Shown here piece after piece: positions 9,227-20,381 of a DNA stretch of 64,000 nucleotides. Where the stretch lies: the NCBI GenBank assembly GCA_965220765.1, contig OZ244847.1:3200699-3264698 (forward strand), written 5' to 3'. The position numbers and the translations under genes are program-made. The notes below the pieces were generated by a model that searched no databases, was not told the DNA's origin, and saw only the letters and a program-made list of their open reading frames with translations. Origin of the DNA: Candidatus Latescibacterota bacterium. Its GTDB lineage: Bacteria > Latescibacterota > UBA2968. Within the stretch, counting starts at the first letter, position 1. Every line of letters starts with the position of its first letter.

Positions 9227-9910
9227 GTGAATACTATGCAGACGCGCGTTCTCAAAAAAGAGATTGCAGGATGTACCCTGTGCAAACGTCTGGTTGAATA
9301 CTGCCGCACCTTTGATCTGGCGGAAAACCGCAAAATTGGCGATTGCGATTACTGGGCAAAACCCGTTCCGGGGTTTGGAGATGTCAATGCACAATTGCTC
9401 ATTATTGGTCTGGCTCCCGGCGCACACGGAGCCAATCGCACGGGTAGGCCTTTTACGGGCGATGGTGCTGGCGATGTGCTTTACCGCGCACTCTTCCGGC
9501 ACGGTTTTGCCAACCGGGAAACAGCGATTGATCTCTATGACGGAATGCGTCTGGACAATGTGTATATCACCAATGCCGTAAAGTGTGTTCCGCCTCAAAA
9601 TCGCCCCAATGCTGAAGAAAAGCGTACCTGTCTCGACTGGCTGGCGCAGGAGATGACCGTCTTGTCTCGGGTGAAAATCGTTCTGGCGATGGGCAGAGAT
9701 GCATTTGAAAGTTATATTCGGCTGGAGAGGGCAGCAGGGCGTGTGACGAGGCTGAACGCCTATCGTTTCCAACACGGTGGTGTGTATCAGTTAGACGATA
9801 AAATTCTCGTGGCGACTTACCATTTTAGTCGCTACAATATGAATACGGGCGTGCTGACAGAAGACATGATCGATGTGTTGTTCCAGCACGTGTGCGCGTT
9901 GTTGAAGTGA
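9227..9910 (+). CDS. Uracil-DNA glycosylase, family 4 (Fe-S type)
   Basis: N-terminal Cys motif CTLCKRL, the GLAPG active-site motif (equivalent of GEAPG), and a conserved HFSRYN-like C-terminus. Confidence 0.75.
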   Translation: MNTMQTRVLKKEIAGCTLCKRLVEYCRTFDLAENRKIGDCDYWAKPVPGFGDVNAQLLIIGLAPGAHGANRTGRPFTGDGAGDVLYRALFRHGFANRETAIDLYDGMRLDNVYITNAVKCVPPQNRPNAEEKRTCLDWLAQEMTVLSRVKIVLAMGRDAFESYIRLERAAGRVTRLNAYRFQHGGVYQLDDKILVATYHFSRYNMNTGVLTEDMIDVLFQHVCALLK

Positions 9911-9943
9911 GGGGCTGGGGGCTGGATGCTGGAGGGTAGCTGA

Positions 9944-10474
9944 CTACGGATGCTTCAGCACAGCGATGTAGGGAAGATTGCGATAGGCCTGGTTGTAGTC
10001 GAGACCGTAGCCCACTACAAACTGATCCGGAATGGTGAAACCACAGTGATGAATGGGGACAGGGACGATTCTGCGGTCTGGTTTGTCCAGGAGGGTGCAA
10101 ATACTGAGACTGCGTGGATTTCTGCCCTTTAATAATGTGAGAAGAGCAGAGATCGTGCGCCCCGTATCGACAATGTCTTCGACGATGATTACATGGCGAT
10201 CGGCAATTTCACGACTGAGGTCTTTTTTGAATGTCACTGTCCCCGAGCTACTTGTACCGACATAACTCGAAATCGCAATGAAATCAATTTCAATGGGGCA
10301 GCTTATTGCGCGCGAAAGATCGACTAAAAAGTAGAGAGCGCCTGTTAAAATGCCGACGAGAATAACACCGTCTGGATACTGTGCGGAAATTTCGGCACCG
10401 AGTTCACGAACGCGGTTTTGGATTGCTTTTTCGTCAAGTAATATAGAACTGTGATGAGAATCAAAAACCTGCAC
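9944..10474 (-). CDS. hpt: Hypoxanthine-guanine phosphoribosyltransferase
   Basis: PRPP-binding motif VIIVEDIVDTGRT. Typical Hpt length (176 aa) and overall sequence. Confidence 0.85.
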   Translation of the reverse strand: MQVFDSHHSSILLDEKAIQNRVRELGAEISAQYPDGVILVGILTGALYFLVDLSRAISCPIEIDFIAISSYVGTSSSGTVTFKKDLSREIADRHVIIVEDIVDTGRTISALLTLLKGRNPRSLSICTLLDKPDRRIVPVPIHHCGFTIPDQFVVGYGLDYNQAYRNLPYIAVLKHP

Positions 10475-10795
10475 TTGACAAACCTCCTTGTGATGGAAAG
10501 ATGGTATAAATTAAACGATTTATTTTTTTAGTCAAAGAGAAGTACTATCGGCATGTTGCAGTAAGGGGCGTACATATTTTCTGCAGTATTTGAGAAGAAC
10601 CCCTTGATTCAGATTTGTAAAAATGCTATATTTGCGTCGAAGCTTGTGCTTCACAAAAAAACGCCTTGAATCTGCATGAGGGTAGCCCCGCAGGAAGTTT
10701 TCCGCTGTTTTAACACCGGGACTTCGACAACCATTTCGGCGCCCGGCGGGTTAGGCGTTTTTTGTTTTCTTTTTTTATCATCATCTATCCTCAAT

Positions 10796-12589
10796 ATGTC
10801 CAATAAAATTCGCATACTTCCGGATGATATCGCCAACCGCATCGCTGCAGGGGAAGTGGTTGAGCGACCTGCGTCTGTCGCAAAAGAACTGATGGAAAAT
10901 TCAGTGGATGCGGGATCAGACCGCATTGTCGTTGAAGTTGCTGCTGGCGGCAAGGAAAGCCTGCGGGTCAGTGATAACGGATGTGGAATGTCGCGCGATG
11001 ACGCGCTTTTGGCACTGGAACGGCACGCGACGAGCAAAATTCAAAGCCTGGACGACCTAAAAGGGTTGCTCACACATGGATTCAGAGGCGAGGCATTGCC
11101 CAGTATTGCCGCTGTTTCGCGCATGACCCTTGAAACTCGCCTGGCAGATGCGGTTGAAGGGACACGAGTGTCCGTGATAGGTGGGCGCGTGCAGGATGTA
11201 TCAGCGATTGGTCGGGGGCAGGGTACGGCTGTTACATTGCACGGCCTATTTTTTAACGTGCCCGCCAGGCGTAAATTTCTCAAAAGTGTCGATACAGAAT
11301 TTCGGCATATTGTGAACGCGGTGACGGCTATGGCCATGGCCTATCCCGAGATCGGGTTTGACCTCAAGCACAATGGTCGCCAGGTGCTGCAACTGGGCAG
11401 GTCGCGCTTTGATCGGCGGGCAGAACAGATATTTGGCGTGCGATATGGCGCAGATGCCATCGGTGTTGAGAGCAAGACAAGCGGGATTGAGGTGCGGGGC
11501 TTTGTGGGCAAGCCAGAGTCCGCACGGAAATCCGGCGCCCAACAGGTTTTGATTGTCAATAACCGATGGGTGCAGCACAAAGCCATCGCTTTTGCAGTTT
11601 ACGAAGGGTATGGCGGGCTTTTGCCCAAGGGGCTTGCGCCATCGTATTGCCTTTGTCTGAACATTGATCCGGCGCGTGTGGATGTCAATGTTCATCCTTC
11701 AAAGCGCGAGGTTCGCTTTGCCGACGAGCGGTCAATTTACGGTCTGATCACCGGAGCGGTTCAACAATCGCTGCGCGGCGCAGATTTGATCCCAGAAATG
11801 GGCGATGCTGTTATGCCTGTGGCAGATACACCTGTGAGCATTGCAGAATCTCCCGAGATTACCTATCAGCTCGGACAGCCCAAAGTTGGCGGACAGCCCC
11901 AGATGGCATTGCCCTTGACAACGAGAATATCGCAGGAGAGAGCAAAGCCGGGGACCGGGATTAATACCGATGGTCTCGATGAAGAGGATTTTACACGGAT
12001 TTCCGTATGGCAGTTGCACAGCAAGTATATTTTGGCACATATCAAAAACGGTTTGATTGCGATTGACCAGCAGATTGCCCATCAGAGAATTTTGTACGAA
12101 CGCGCCATTGACAATATGCATACCCGTCCCGCAACGAGCCAGCGGCTGTTGTTTCCACTTACACTCGATTTTGGCGTCAAAGAAATTCTTATTGTGCGCG
12201 AGGCAATGCCCCTGTTGGAAAAAATGGGGTTTGGCATCCGTGATTTTGGGGGACATACTGTTGTAGTCGATGCCATTCCTCTGGGATTGAGAACGTGGCA
12301 AGACGGGCAGCTTTTGAGAGATATGATTCGCGATATGGCCGAAGCCGAGCAAGCGACTTCTGTTCCGCCTTCTGTGCAAGCGCGACAGATCGCTTCCGAG
12401 GAACATCGGCTCGCGTCGGTTTATGCCTGGCATACGTCGATTCGCACAGGTGAGGATTTATCGACAGAAGAAATGCGCGCGCTTATCGACCAATTGTTCG
12501 CAACGCGAGAGCCTTTCGTCAGTCCTTATGGCAAGCCGACTCTTGTGAAGATTGGGCTGGATGAAATCGACAATCGGTTTAAGCGGTAG
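10796..12589 (+). CDS. mutL: DNA mismatch repair protein MutL
   Basis: GHKL ATPase N-terminus (IRILPDDIANRIAAGEVVERPASVAKELMENSVDAG) and a MutL C-terminal dimerisation domain. The start is moved to the internal ATG at 10796 to match the canonical MutL N-terminus. Confidence 0.9.
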   Translation: MSNKIRILPDDIANRIAAGEVVERPASVAKELMENSVDAGSDRIVVEVAAGGKESLRVSDNGCGMSRDDALLALERHATSKIQSLDDLKGLLTHGFRGEALPSIAAVSRMTLETRLADAVEGTRVSVIGGRVQDVSAIGRGQGTAVTLHGLFFNVPARRKFLKSVDTEFRHIVNAVTAMAMAYPEIGFDLKHNGRQVLQLGRSRFDRRAEQIFGVRYGADAIGVESKTSGIEVRGFVGKPESARKSGAQQVLIVNNRWVQHKAIAFAVYEGYGGLLPKGLAPSYCLCLNIDPARVDVNVHPSKREVRFADERSIYGLITGAVQQSLRGADLIPEMGDAVMPVADTPVSIAESPEITYQLGQPKVGGQPQMALPLTTRISQERAKPGTGINTDGLDEEDFTRISVWQLHSKYILAHIKNGLIAIDQQIAHQRILYERAIDNMHTRPATSQRLLFPLTLDFGVKEILIVREAMPLLEKMGFGIRDFGGHTVVVDAIPLGLRTWQDGQLLRDMIRDMAEAEQATSVPPSVQARQIASEEHRLASVYAWHTSIRTGEDLSTEEMRALIDQLFATREPFVSPYGKPTLVKIGLDEIDNRFKR

Positions 12590-12591
12590 TC

Positions 12592-13512
12592 ATGGCCTCG
12601 CTTCGAGATATTCTGGTAATTGCCGGACCGACGGCATCGGGCAAAACGGCTGTGGGCATTGAACTCGCGCAGAGATTAAATGGCGAGATTATATCGGCAG
12701 ATGCGCGCCAGATTTATCGTTTTATGGATATTGGGACAGCAAAGCCGACCGCTGAAGAGCGAGTTGCTGCGCGCCATCATCTCATCGATTTTGTCAATCC
12801 CGATAAAGGCTATAGCGCTGGACAATTTGCCGAAGATGCATCTGCGGTGGTTGGAGATATTCTGCGTCGCGGCAAGATGCCCATTGTCGTCGGTGGAGCG
12901 GGATTGTATATTCGCGCGTTGTTCGATGGCTTTTCACCTATGCCGAAAATTCCGATAGAGATTCGCGCGCGGTTGCAGGAAGAGGGGAGAGATTGTCTTC
13001 CCGAATTGTACAAAAGGCTGTGCGAGGTCGATCCGGAATGGGCTACAAAAATTCAGTCAACCGATACACAACGCATTCTGCGCGGCCTGGAGGTCTATGA
13101 AGCGTCGGGTAAGCCGCTTTCTGAACATCAGAAAGTGCAGCCAACGCCGCCGATCCGTCATACTGCATCTTATTTTGGTTTATACTGGGAGCGCGAAGCA
13201 CTCTATGACCGGATCAATGCGCGTGCGTGTCTTATGTTCGAGAATGGCCTGATTGAAGAAGCCGCAAGCCTTCGCGATAGAGGTTGCTCCCCCGATCTAA
13301 ACGCGCTCAATGCGTTTGGGTACCGGGAAGTATTTCAATATCTCAATGGTGAGACGACGCTTGATCGCGCACTTGCCGATTTGCAACAGGGTACGCGACG
13401 CTACGCCAAACGACAGATGACTTTTTTTCGCAGAGATAAGCGCTTCAGGTGGATAGATGGTAGCGATGTTGATGTGGCAGATGTCATCTTGCAAAATCTT
13501 GAAACATGTTGA
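12592..13512 (+). CDS. miaA: tRNA dimethylallyltransferase MiaA
   Basis: P-loop GPTASGKT and IPT-family motifs. Lies 2 nt downstream of mutL, the classic mutL-miaA arrangement. Confidence 0.9.
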   Translation: MASLRDILVIAGPTASGKTAVGIELAQRLNGEIISADARQIYRFMDIGTAKPTAEERVAARHHLIDFVNPDKGYSAGQFAEDASAVVGDILRRGKMPIVVGGAGLYIRALFDGFSPMPKIPIEIRARLQEEGRDCLPELYKRLCEVDPEWATKIQSTDTQRILRGLEVYEASGKPLSEHQKVQPTPPIRHTASYFGLYWEREALYDRINARACLMFENGLIEEAASLRDRGCSPDLNALNAFGYREVFQYLNGETTLDRALADLQQGTRRYAKRQMTFFRRDKRFRWIDGSDVDVADVILQNLETC

Positions 13513-13553
13513 CACTACAGATGAACGCCTGTAAATTGGCTATTCCTTGCGGA

Positions 13554-13629
13554 GCGGGAATAACTCAGTTGGTAGAGTGCAAGCTTCCCAAGCTTGATGT
13601 CGCGGGTTCGAGTCCCGTTTCCCGCTCCA
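13554..13629 (+). tRNA. tRNA-Gly (anticodon CCC), with encoded CCA
   Basis: Manually folded cloverleaf with acceptor GCGGGAA/TTCCCGC, D-arm ACTC-AGTTGGTA-GAGT, and anticodon stem CAAGC/GCTTG. The loop TTCCCAA gives anticodon CCC. T-arm GCGGG-TTCGAGT-CCCGT, discriminator U, then CCA. Confidence 0.85.
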
Positions 13630-13738
13630 AAAAATAATGAAAAATCACGGGCAATCTCAAAGCGGGTTGTCCGTTCTTTTTGTTTTGTGTATTGGATAAA
13701 TTCAGTTGGTGCAATTTATTGCGTCCGAAGGAGTTTCC

Positions 13739-14485
13739 ATGGATAACGAAATTCGCATCCACTATGTCAGCCACTTTCTCAAGCTGAGTTTGTGGTATGC
13801 GCGATTTCTGATGATGCGGGAGGGGATTGCGTTTGAAGATGCGATTACTTCCCGGGCCAATGTGTACCGCAATACGGATTTTTTCGATGGCGAAAATCAT
13901 CCGGCGCGGGGGTATGAAGACCCGGATTGGGACGCCTATCTGATGGGTTTAAAGGCCATTTTTGATCGCTATAAGGATGAGTCCTGGGAGGAAGAAGGAC
14001 TGGCCTATTTATGGCCCCATGTGAAAAAGGGTTATAGCAGACCTTCGACAAAGGGACGTCCGTACGAATGCTGGACGTATGACGATGGCGACGATTATAT
14101 CGCGATTCACATTGGCAATGTGTATCAGCCCAAATCGCCTTTGAGTGAAATGCGAGATGCATTTATGGGCACATTGCTGCAATTGTTAAAGGATACGCAG
14201 CGGCGACGCTCCGATGTGAAGACCGTGAGGTGCGGCAGTTGGCTCAATGCTGTGCCGCCATTTCAAGATCTGTTTTCCAAAAGCTGGCGCGAGAGCGCGA
14301 TAGTGAGTCCAAAAGCGGGATATACGATGGGGCATTGGGGGCAGTTTATGGACCGCACAGGACGCTTTCACATAAAAAATGGGGCACATTTGCGGGCAAC
14401 GGGGGAGTTTCTCTACCCCTGTTCGACCTGTTATGCACCAATTGATGAGATTGTAGCGCATCTGGAGGCTATGGTGGAGGGTTAG
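13739..14485 (+). CDS. Hypothetical protein (no recognisable family)
   Basis: 248-aa ORF with GAAGGAG RBS, located directly downstream of tRNA-Gly. The track's upstream extension from 13706 lacks an RBS. Confidence 0.5.
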   Translation: MDNEIRIHYVSHFLKLSLWYARFLMMREGIAFEDAITSRANVYRNTDFFDGENHPARGYEDPDWDAYLMGLKAIFDRYKDESWEEEGLAYLWPHVKKGYSRPSTKGRPYECWTYDDGDDYIAIHIGNVYQPKSPLSEMRDAFMGTLLQLLKDTQRRRSDVKTVRCGSWLNAVPPFQDLFSKSWRESAIVSPKAGYTMGHWGQFMDRTGRFHIKNGAHLRATGEFLYPCSTCYAPIDEIVAHLEAMVEG

Positions 14486-15762
14486 GCAGGTTGTTTTTCC
14501 AAAGTCTCGGGGACGAGGACGAGGAAGATCCCGGCGGCGGAAAGGCCAATGCCTGCAATGACCAGAGCAGCGGGCGATAGGCCGAGGAAATCGGCGACAT
14601 AACCGACGCTTATGGGGCCAGACATGCGCCCACCATCGCCGATGAGGCGCCAGAGACCCAAAAATTCGCTCAGGGCATCGCGAGGTGCGAGGTCGGCTCC
14701 CAGGGTCATCATGGCTCCTGAACTGAGGCCATTGCCAAATCCGAGCAGACTGGCGGCAAGGAGGAGGGCGATAAATTCTCCTGTGATGAGGCCAATAGAG
14801 AAAAAGGGCAGATTCAGGTGGAGAACAAGACCTTCTGTGAGCGGGATAAGTGCCATACCAATGGCTTGTAGCGCGAAACTGGGGACATTGGCGAATTTTC
14901 GTCCAAAGCGGTCCATGATGACTCCGGCGGGATAAAACATCATCATGTCGATAAAGCCCGAGATTGACATGATGAGACCGATTTGTTCATATCCCAGATT
15001 GAGGACTTCGGCACCGTAAAGCGGTATGATGATGTAGCGACCGCTGCGAATGGTTTGGGCAAAGAGCTGACCAGTACCTGCGGTGATCAGATTTTTTCTG
15101 TGAGCGCGAAGGATGTTGACAAAGTGTCTCACAAGGCCGTGTTGCGGTGGCGATACGCGCTTGCGAGAAGCTTCAACGGCGATTGCCGCGACCACTGCGG
15201 CTAAGAGTGAAATACAGCCATAAACGAGGAATGGATATTCTACGGAGGTGGCAGAGGCGATATAGCCGCCGATAACAGGTCCCAAAAAGGTGCCGATACG
15301 GCTGATGCCACCAAAGACAGAGAGGGCGCGGCCTCTCTGGTGGACGGCTGTGGCATCGGCTAAATAAGCATATCGCGAGATGTCCCAAAGTGCGCCGCCA
15401 ATGCCTCCCGCAAAGCGCAGCAAGAAGACCACAAAGATGGTGGGTGCGAAAAAGAGGCCCGCGCCGCACAGTGCAACTGTTATTACCCCCAATAGCATCG
15501 CGGATTTGCGACCAATGCGGTTGAGTACCATGGCCGCGGGCAGGTCGCCAACGAGATGGCCGATACCCTCGGCAGCGAGTACGAGACCGACGAGACCATA
15601 GGAAATGTCAAACGACTTGGCGTAGAGTGGCAATATCGGGACGATCAAGCCACTGCCCAGTCTGAGTAGAAATGTGGGGATAAAGACGGGGAGGATAAGG
15701 GGGTTGCGGATAATGGCATTCATTGAACTAAAAAACGAAAATAGGAAGCAAAAAGCAACCAT
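14482..15762 (-). CDS. MFS transporter
   Basis: 426 aa with about 12 predicted TM segments and an MFS-like GxxxDRxGRK loop (LNRIGRKSAM). Confidence 0.8.
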   Translation of the reverse strand: MVAFCFLFSFFSSMNAIIRNPLILPVFIPTFLLRLGSGLIVPILPLYAKSFDISYGLVGLVLAAEGIGHLVGDLPAAMVLNRIGRKSAMLLGVITVALCGAGLFFAPTIFVVFLLRFAGGIGGALWDISRYAYLADATAVHQRGRALSVFGGISRIGTFLGPVIGGYIASATSVEYPFLVYGCISLLAAVVAAIAVEASRKRVSPPQHGLVRHFVNILRAHRKNLITAGTGQLFAQTIRSGRYIIIPLYGAEVLNLGYEQIGLIMSISGFIDMMMFYPAGVIMDRFGRKFANVPSFALQAIGMALIPLTEGLVLHLNLPFFSIGLITGEFIALLLAASLLGFGNGLSSGAMMTLGADLAPRDALSEFLGLWRLIGDGGRMSGPISVGYVADFLGLSPAALVIAGIGLSAAGIFLVLVPETLEKQPA

Positions 15763-15768
15763 AACACA

Positions 15769-16500
15769 ATGGATTTTCCAATACGCGAAATATGCTATGC
15801 GAGCAGTATTTTTTGGATTGCGGGTAGCTTGCAGGGGTTAACAGGGTTTGGGTTTAACCTGCTTTCTGTGCCAGCGATGGTTTTGTGGTTTCCCGCACAG
15901 GTCGTTGTGCCCGGGGTTTTGATGTCTTATTTGCCTTTGGGCACAGGGCAGTTTATTCAATTGCGGCGGGATGTGGATTGGAAGGTGCTGGGGATGATTG
16001 TGGGTACTGCGATTCTGGGCATGCCTATCGGTGCGTTTATTTTACGCGATACAGATGCAGAGGTGATGAAGCGCGCCATTGGTTTGGCGATGGTGGTATT
16101 GGCAATTGTTTTGCAGTTGCGACCGGGTAATCCTTTTCGACATGAAGCACTGACCTGTGGGGGGGTGGGGATGTTCAGTGGTTTTTTGTCGTCCAGTATC
16201 GGCGTATCTGGACCGCCTATCGTTCTGTTTGGGCTGAAACAGCGCTGGCCGCAGGCGATGATGCGCGCAACGCTGTTAACCTGTTTTTTGTGTACTTCCA
16301 CGTTGAGTCTCTGTGTGTTGTGGGCAGTGGGGGTGTTGACAGTTGAGAGTTTGCAATTTGTCCTATGGGGTGCGCCGGGTTTGATTTTGGGGTTTTTGAC
16401 CGCGACTTATCTCCGCGCGCGGGTTCACCAGGTGGCGGTGTTTCGCTGGATATCGATTGGGATGGTGATGGCCGGTGGATTGGCTGCGGCGATTTTTTGA
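15769..16500 (+). CDS. TauE/SafE (DUF81) family membrane transporter
   Basis: 243-aa glycine-rich polytopic membrane protein with the internal two-repeat organisation typical of TauE/SafE. Confidence 0.6.
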   Translation: MDFPIREICYASSIFWIAGSLQGLTGFGFNLLSVPAMVLWFPAQVVVPGVLMSYLPLGTGQFIQLRRDVDWKVLGMIVGTAILGMPIGAFILRDTDAEVMKRAIGLAMVVLAIVLQLRPGNPFRHEALTCGGVGMFSGFLSSSIGVSGPPIVLFGLKQRWPQAMMRATLLTCFLCTSTLSLCVLWAVGVLTVESLQFVLWGAPGLILGFLTATYLRARVHQVAVFRWISIGMVMAGGLAAAIF

Positions 16501-16623
16501 TGATGGGCAAGTGCGTGCCTGTCAGTTGACTAAACTCAACGGCCTGTTGATAGGTCAGGCACGCTATTTATTATATCTTTATCCTCGACTTTTTCCTCTT
16601 CAACCGAATAAGAGAATAGATGT

Positions 16624-19600
16624 ATGCGCGATATAGATACGACCATCCGCAAATTGATGTCAGAGCGCATTTTACTGCTCGATGGGGCGATGGCCACGGT
16701 GATCCAGGCTTATGATCTGGACGAGCAGGCGTTTCGAGGCGATGGCTTTGCTGACCACCCCATTGATGTGAAGGATGGAAGTGGGTGTGGGACCGCGTGC
16801 GGGTGCTGTGGTGATGACTTTGCCGACCATCCCAGTGATGTGAAGGGGTGTATCGATCTCTTGTGTCTGACGCAGCCGCATTTGATCGCGGATGTTCATA
16901 GGCGATTTTTGGATGCTGGAGCAGATATTATCGAGACGAATACGTTTAATGCCACGCCGATCTCAATGGCGGAGTATCAGCTTCAGGACCGGGTTTACGA
17001 TCTCAATGTGGCAGCCGCTCGCATTGCGCGACAAGCAGCGGATGAGGTAACAAGACAAAATTCGAACAAGCCGCGATTTGTTGCGGGCGCTCTGGGACCA
17101 ACGAGTTGTACGCTTACGCTGTCGCCCGATGTGAATGACCCGGCTTTTCGCACGCACACCTTTGAAGAGGTGGTCAATGGGTATTACGCACAAATTGAAG
17201 GTTTGATGGCAGGGGGAGTGGATATAATCCTGGTGGAGACGGTGTTTGATACACTCACGGCCAAAGCCGCGCTATTTGCCGTGTCGCGTTATTTTCTGGA
17301 TCACGGCGTGAAAGTACCCGTGATGATTTCTGGCACAGTGACCGATCAAAGTGGACGCACATTGTCCGGGCAGACGATAGAGGCATTCTGGTTGTCGGTG
17401 GCGCACGCACAGCCCTTGAGCGTGGGGATTAACTGCGCCCTCGGTGCGCGGGAAATGCGGCCTTATGTGGAGGCTTTGTCGCATTTTGCACCGGCATTTA
17501 TGAGTTGTTATCCCAATGCGGGTTTGCCCAATGAGTTTGGGGAATACGACGATTCTCCGGGACACATGGCGGGTGTTTTGGGCGATTTTGCCGCACAGGG
17601 TTGGCTCAATATTGTGGGCGGATGTTGTGGCACTACGCCCGAACATATCGCTGCGATTGCCGAGGCTGTATCCGATAAGGCGCCGAGAAAAATTCCCGAG
17701 CTTTCTTCTGTGTCGCGCTTTAGCGGTTTGGAGCCGATGATTATTTATCCGGATTCCAATTTTATTATGATTGGCGAGCGCACCAATGTGACGGGATCGC
17801 GGCGGTTTGCGCGGTTGATCAAAACGGGTGATTATGCTGCGGCACTGGCAGTTGCGCGGGAACAGGTGGTCGGTGGCGCGAATATGATCGATATCAATAT
17901 GGACGAGGGATTGCTCGATTCAAAAGACGCTATGGCGACGTTTTTAAAGCTGATTGCGGGCGAACCCGATATTGCGCGCGTGCCAATTGTGATTGATAGT
18001 TCCGATTTTGAAGTGATTGAGGCGGGGTTGAAATGTGTGCAGGGCAAGGCGATTGTCAATTCTATCAGTTTGAAAGAAGGAGAGGCGGTTTTTAAGTCGC
18101 AGGCAGAAACCGTGTTGCGCTATGGTGCTGCGGTTGTGGTGATGGCGTTTGATGAGGAGGGGCAGGCGACGTCGATTGAAGATAAGGTGCGGATTTGCCA
18201 GCGCGCATATCGCATTTTGACCGAAGATGTGGGAATGGATGCATCGGATATTATTTTTGATCCGAATATTCTGACCGTTGCAACGGGTATTGAAGAGCAT
18301 AACGATTATGGAGTCAATTTTATCGAGGCCGTGAAGCAGATCAAGGACCTGTGCCCGGGCGCGAAAACGAGTGGTGGCGTGAGCAATATTTCATTCTCTT
18401 TTCGGGGCAATGATTATGTGCGGGAGGCGATTCACGCGGCTTTTTTGTATCACGCCATTCAAGCGGGTCTCGATATGGGCATTGTCAATGCCGGGCAGTT
18501 GATGGTGTATGAAGAAATCCCCGAGAAGTTGCGCGTGCTGATTGAAGATGTGCTGTTCAACAGGCGGGAAGATGCAACGGAACGGCTGGTGGATTTTGCC
18601 GAGTCTGTGCGGTCAGAGGGCAAGAGACGAGAAAAAGACGATGCATGGCGGCAGGGAGCGGTTGAAGATCGCTTGAAGCACGCGCTGTTGCACGGGCAGT
18701 CAGAGCATCTGGAAGAGGATCTGGAGGAGGCACTTGGCAGGTACAAACCACTGGAGATGATTGAAGGTCCGTTGATGGATGGGATGAATGTGGTGGGCGA
18801 TTTGTTTGGCGCAGGCAAAATGTTTTTGCCCCAGGTGGTCAAAACAGCGCGCGTGATGAAGCAGGCGGTGGCGTATCTCGAGCCTTTGATGGAAGATGAG
18901 AAAGCGGGTGGTAGAGCACGGGGCAAGGTTCTGATGGCGACGGTAAAGGGCGATGTTCACGATATTGGCAAGAATATTGTGGGCGTGGTTTTGGGGTGCA
19001 ATAATTACGAGGTGATCGATTTGGGTGTTATGGTACCCGCGGATCGCATTTTGAAAGTTGCGCGCGAAAAGGCGGTCGATATCATCGGGCTGAGCGGTTT
19101 GATTACGCCGTCGCTCAATGAGATGGTCCATGTTGCAGAGGAGATGCAGCGCGAAGCGTTTAACGTGCCTCTTTTAATTGGGGGAGCGACCACGAGCCGC
19201 AAGCATACGGCGGTAAAAATTGCGCCGGTTTACGATTATGCAACCGTGCATGTGAAGGATGCTTCGCGCGCGACAGGTGTGGTGGGTACGCTGTTGAACG
19301 CAGAGCAGCGCGACGAGTATGTGCGGGCAAATCGCGAGTCGCAGCAGCGGGCACTGGCGGAGTTTAATATTTCTCAAAGACCGCTTATTTCGTACTCAGA
19401 TGCTCTATCGCGTCGCCAGATGTTTGATTGGGCGCAGATAGATCTTTCCAAGCCCAGTTTTACAGGTGTTCAGGCTTTGCGCGATTTCCCAATTTCTCAA
19501 CTGGTCGAGTTTATCGACTGGGGACCGTTTTTCCACGCATGGGAGTTGCGGGGCAGTTATCCGAAGATACTGAATGATCCTCACAAGGGCGCAGAGGCGC

Positions 19601-20352
19601 GCAAGTTGTTCGACGACGCACAGGCAATGCTCCAGACGATTACCGATGAGGGATGGCTCAAGGCACAGGCTGTGTACGGATTTTTCTCTGCAAATGCCGA
19701 TGGTGATGACATTGTCGTGTTTGAGGACGAGCACAGAGATACCGAGCGGGTGCGGTTGCCGATGTTGCGCCAGCAGCAGGAAAAGCGCGCGGGGGGACCG
19801 TATTTTTCACTGGCTGATTTTGTCGCGCCTGTGGGATATGCGGATTATATCGGGGCATTTGCCGTGACTGCGGGTTTGGGTGTTGACGCAAAATCTGCGG
19901 GATTTAAGGATGCGCTGGACGATTACAATGCCATTTTGCTCCAGGCTGTGGCGGACCGCCTGGCTGAGGCATTTGCCGAGTGTTTGCACGCAAAGGCGCG
20001 GAGAGATTGGAGCTATGGTCTGGATGAGGCGTTGAGCAATGAGGATTTGATCAGGGAACGATATCGCGGTATTCGCCCTGCGCCCGGTTATCCCGCTTGC
20101 CCGGATCACACGGAGAAGCAGACTTTGTTCGATTTGCTCGGGGTTGAGCGAGAGGCGGATATTCGGTTGACGGAGAATTTTGCGATGTCCCCAGCGGCTT
20201 CGGTCAGCGGGTGGTATTTCGCACATCCCGATGCGCGTTATTTTGCCGTGGGCAGGGTTAACGCCGATCAAGTGGCCGATTACGCACGCCGGAAGGGGAT
20301 GCAGATGGCAGAGATGGAGCGCTGGCTGGCGCCGAATTTGGGGTATAAATAA
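16624..20352 (+). CDS. metH: Cobalamin-dependent methionine synthase MetH
   Basis: 1242 aa containing all four modules (Hcy-binding, pterin-binding, B12-binding with DxHxxG-like region, AdoMet-activation domain). It carries an in-frame 24-aa duplication/insertion near the N-terminus (see findings). Confidence 0.9.
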   Translation: MRDIDTTIRKLMSERILLLDGAMATVIQAYDLDEQAFRGDGFADHPIDVKDGSGCGTACGCCGDDFADHPSDVKGCIDLLCLTQPHLIADVHRRFLDAGADIIETNTFNATPISMAEYQLQDRVYDLNVAAARIARQAADEVTRQNSNKPRFVAGALGPTSCTLTLSPDVNDPAFRTHTFEEVVNGYYAQIEGLMAGGVDIILVETVFDTLTAKAALFAVSRYFLDHGVKVPVMISGTVTDQSGRTLSGQTIEAFWLSVAHAQPLSVGINCALGAREMRPYVEALSHFAPAFMSCYPNAGLPNEFGEYDDSPGHMAGVLGDFAAQGWLNIVGGCCGTTPEHIAAIAEAVSDKAPRKIPELSSVSRFSGLEPMIIYPDSNFIMIGERTNVTGSRRFARLIKTGDYAAALAVAREQVVGGANMIDINMDEGLLDSKDAMATFLKLIAGEPDIARVPIVIDSSDFEVIEAGLKCVQGKAIVNSISLKEGEAVFKSQAETVLRYGAAVVVMAFDEEGQATSIEDKVRICQRAYRILTEDVGMDASDIIFDPNILTVATGIEEHNDYGVNFIEAVKQIKDLCPGAKTSGGVSNISFSFRGNDYVREAIHAAFLYHAIQAGLDMGIVNAGQLMVYEEIPEKLRVLIEDVLFNRREDATERLVDFAESVRSEGKRREKDDAWRQGAVEDRLKHALLHGQSEHLEEDLEEALGRYKPLEMIEGPLMDGMNVVGDLFGAGKMFLPQVVKTARVMKQAVAYLEPLMEDEKAGGRARGKVLMATVKGDVHDIGKNIVGVVLGCNNYEVIDLGVMVPADRILKVAREKAVDIIGLSGLITPSLNEMVHVAEEMQREAFNVPLLIGGATTSRKHTAVKIAPVYDYATVHVKDASRATGVVGTLLNAEQRDEYVRANRESQQRALAEFNISQRPLISYSDALSRRQMFDWAQIDLSKPSFTGVQALRDFPISQLVEFIDWGPFFHAWELRGSYPKILNDPHKGAEARKLFDDAQAMLQTITDEGWLKAQAVYGFFSANADGDDIVVFEDEHRDTERVRLPMLRQQQEKRAGGPYFSLADFVAPVGYADYIGAFAVTAGLGVDAKSAGFKDALDDYNAILLQAVADRLAEAFAECLHAKARRDWSYGLDEALSNEDLIRERYRGIRPAPGYPACPDHTEKQTLFDLLGVEREADIRLTENFAMSPAASVSGWYFAHPDARYFAVGRVNADQVADYARRKGMQMAEMERWLAPNLGYK

Positions 20353-20381
20353 AGAATAGTGAGGTTTGTAAGGAAAACAGC

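Noticed and set aside
9146-9775. 209-aa minus-strand ORF
   Set aside because: It is antisense to the family-4 UDG gene, which has clear catalytic motifs.
13513-13553. Expected hfq downstream of miaA (mutL-miaA-hfq arrangement)
   Set aside because: No Sm-like ORF is present. miaA is followed directly by tRNA-Gly.
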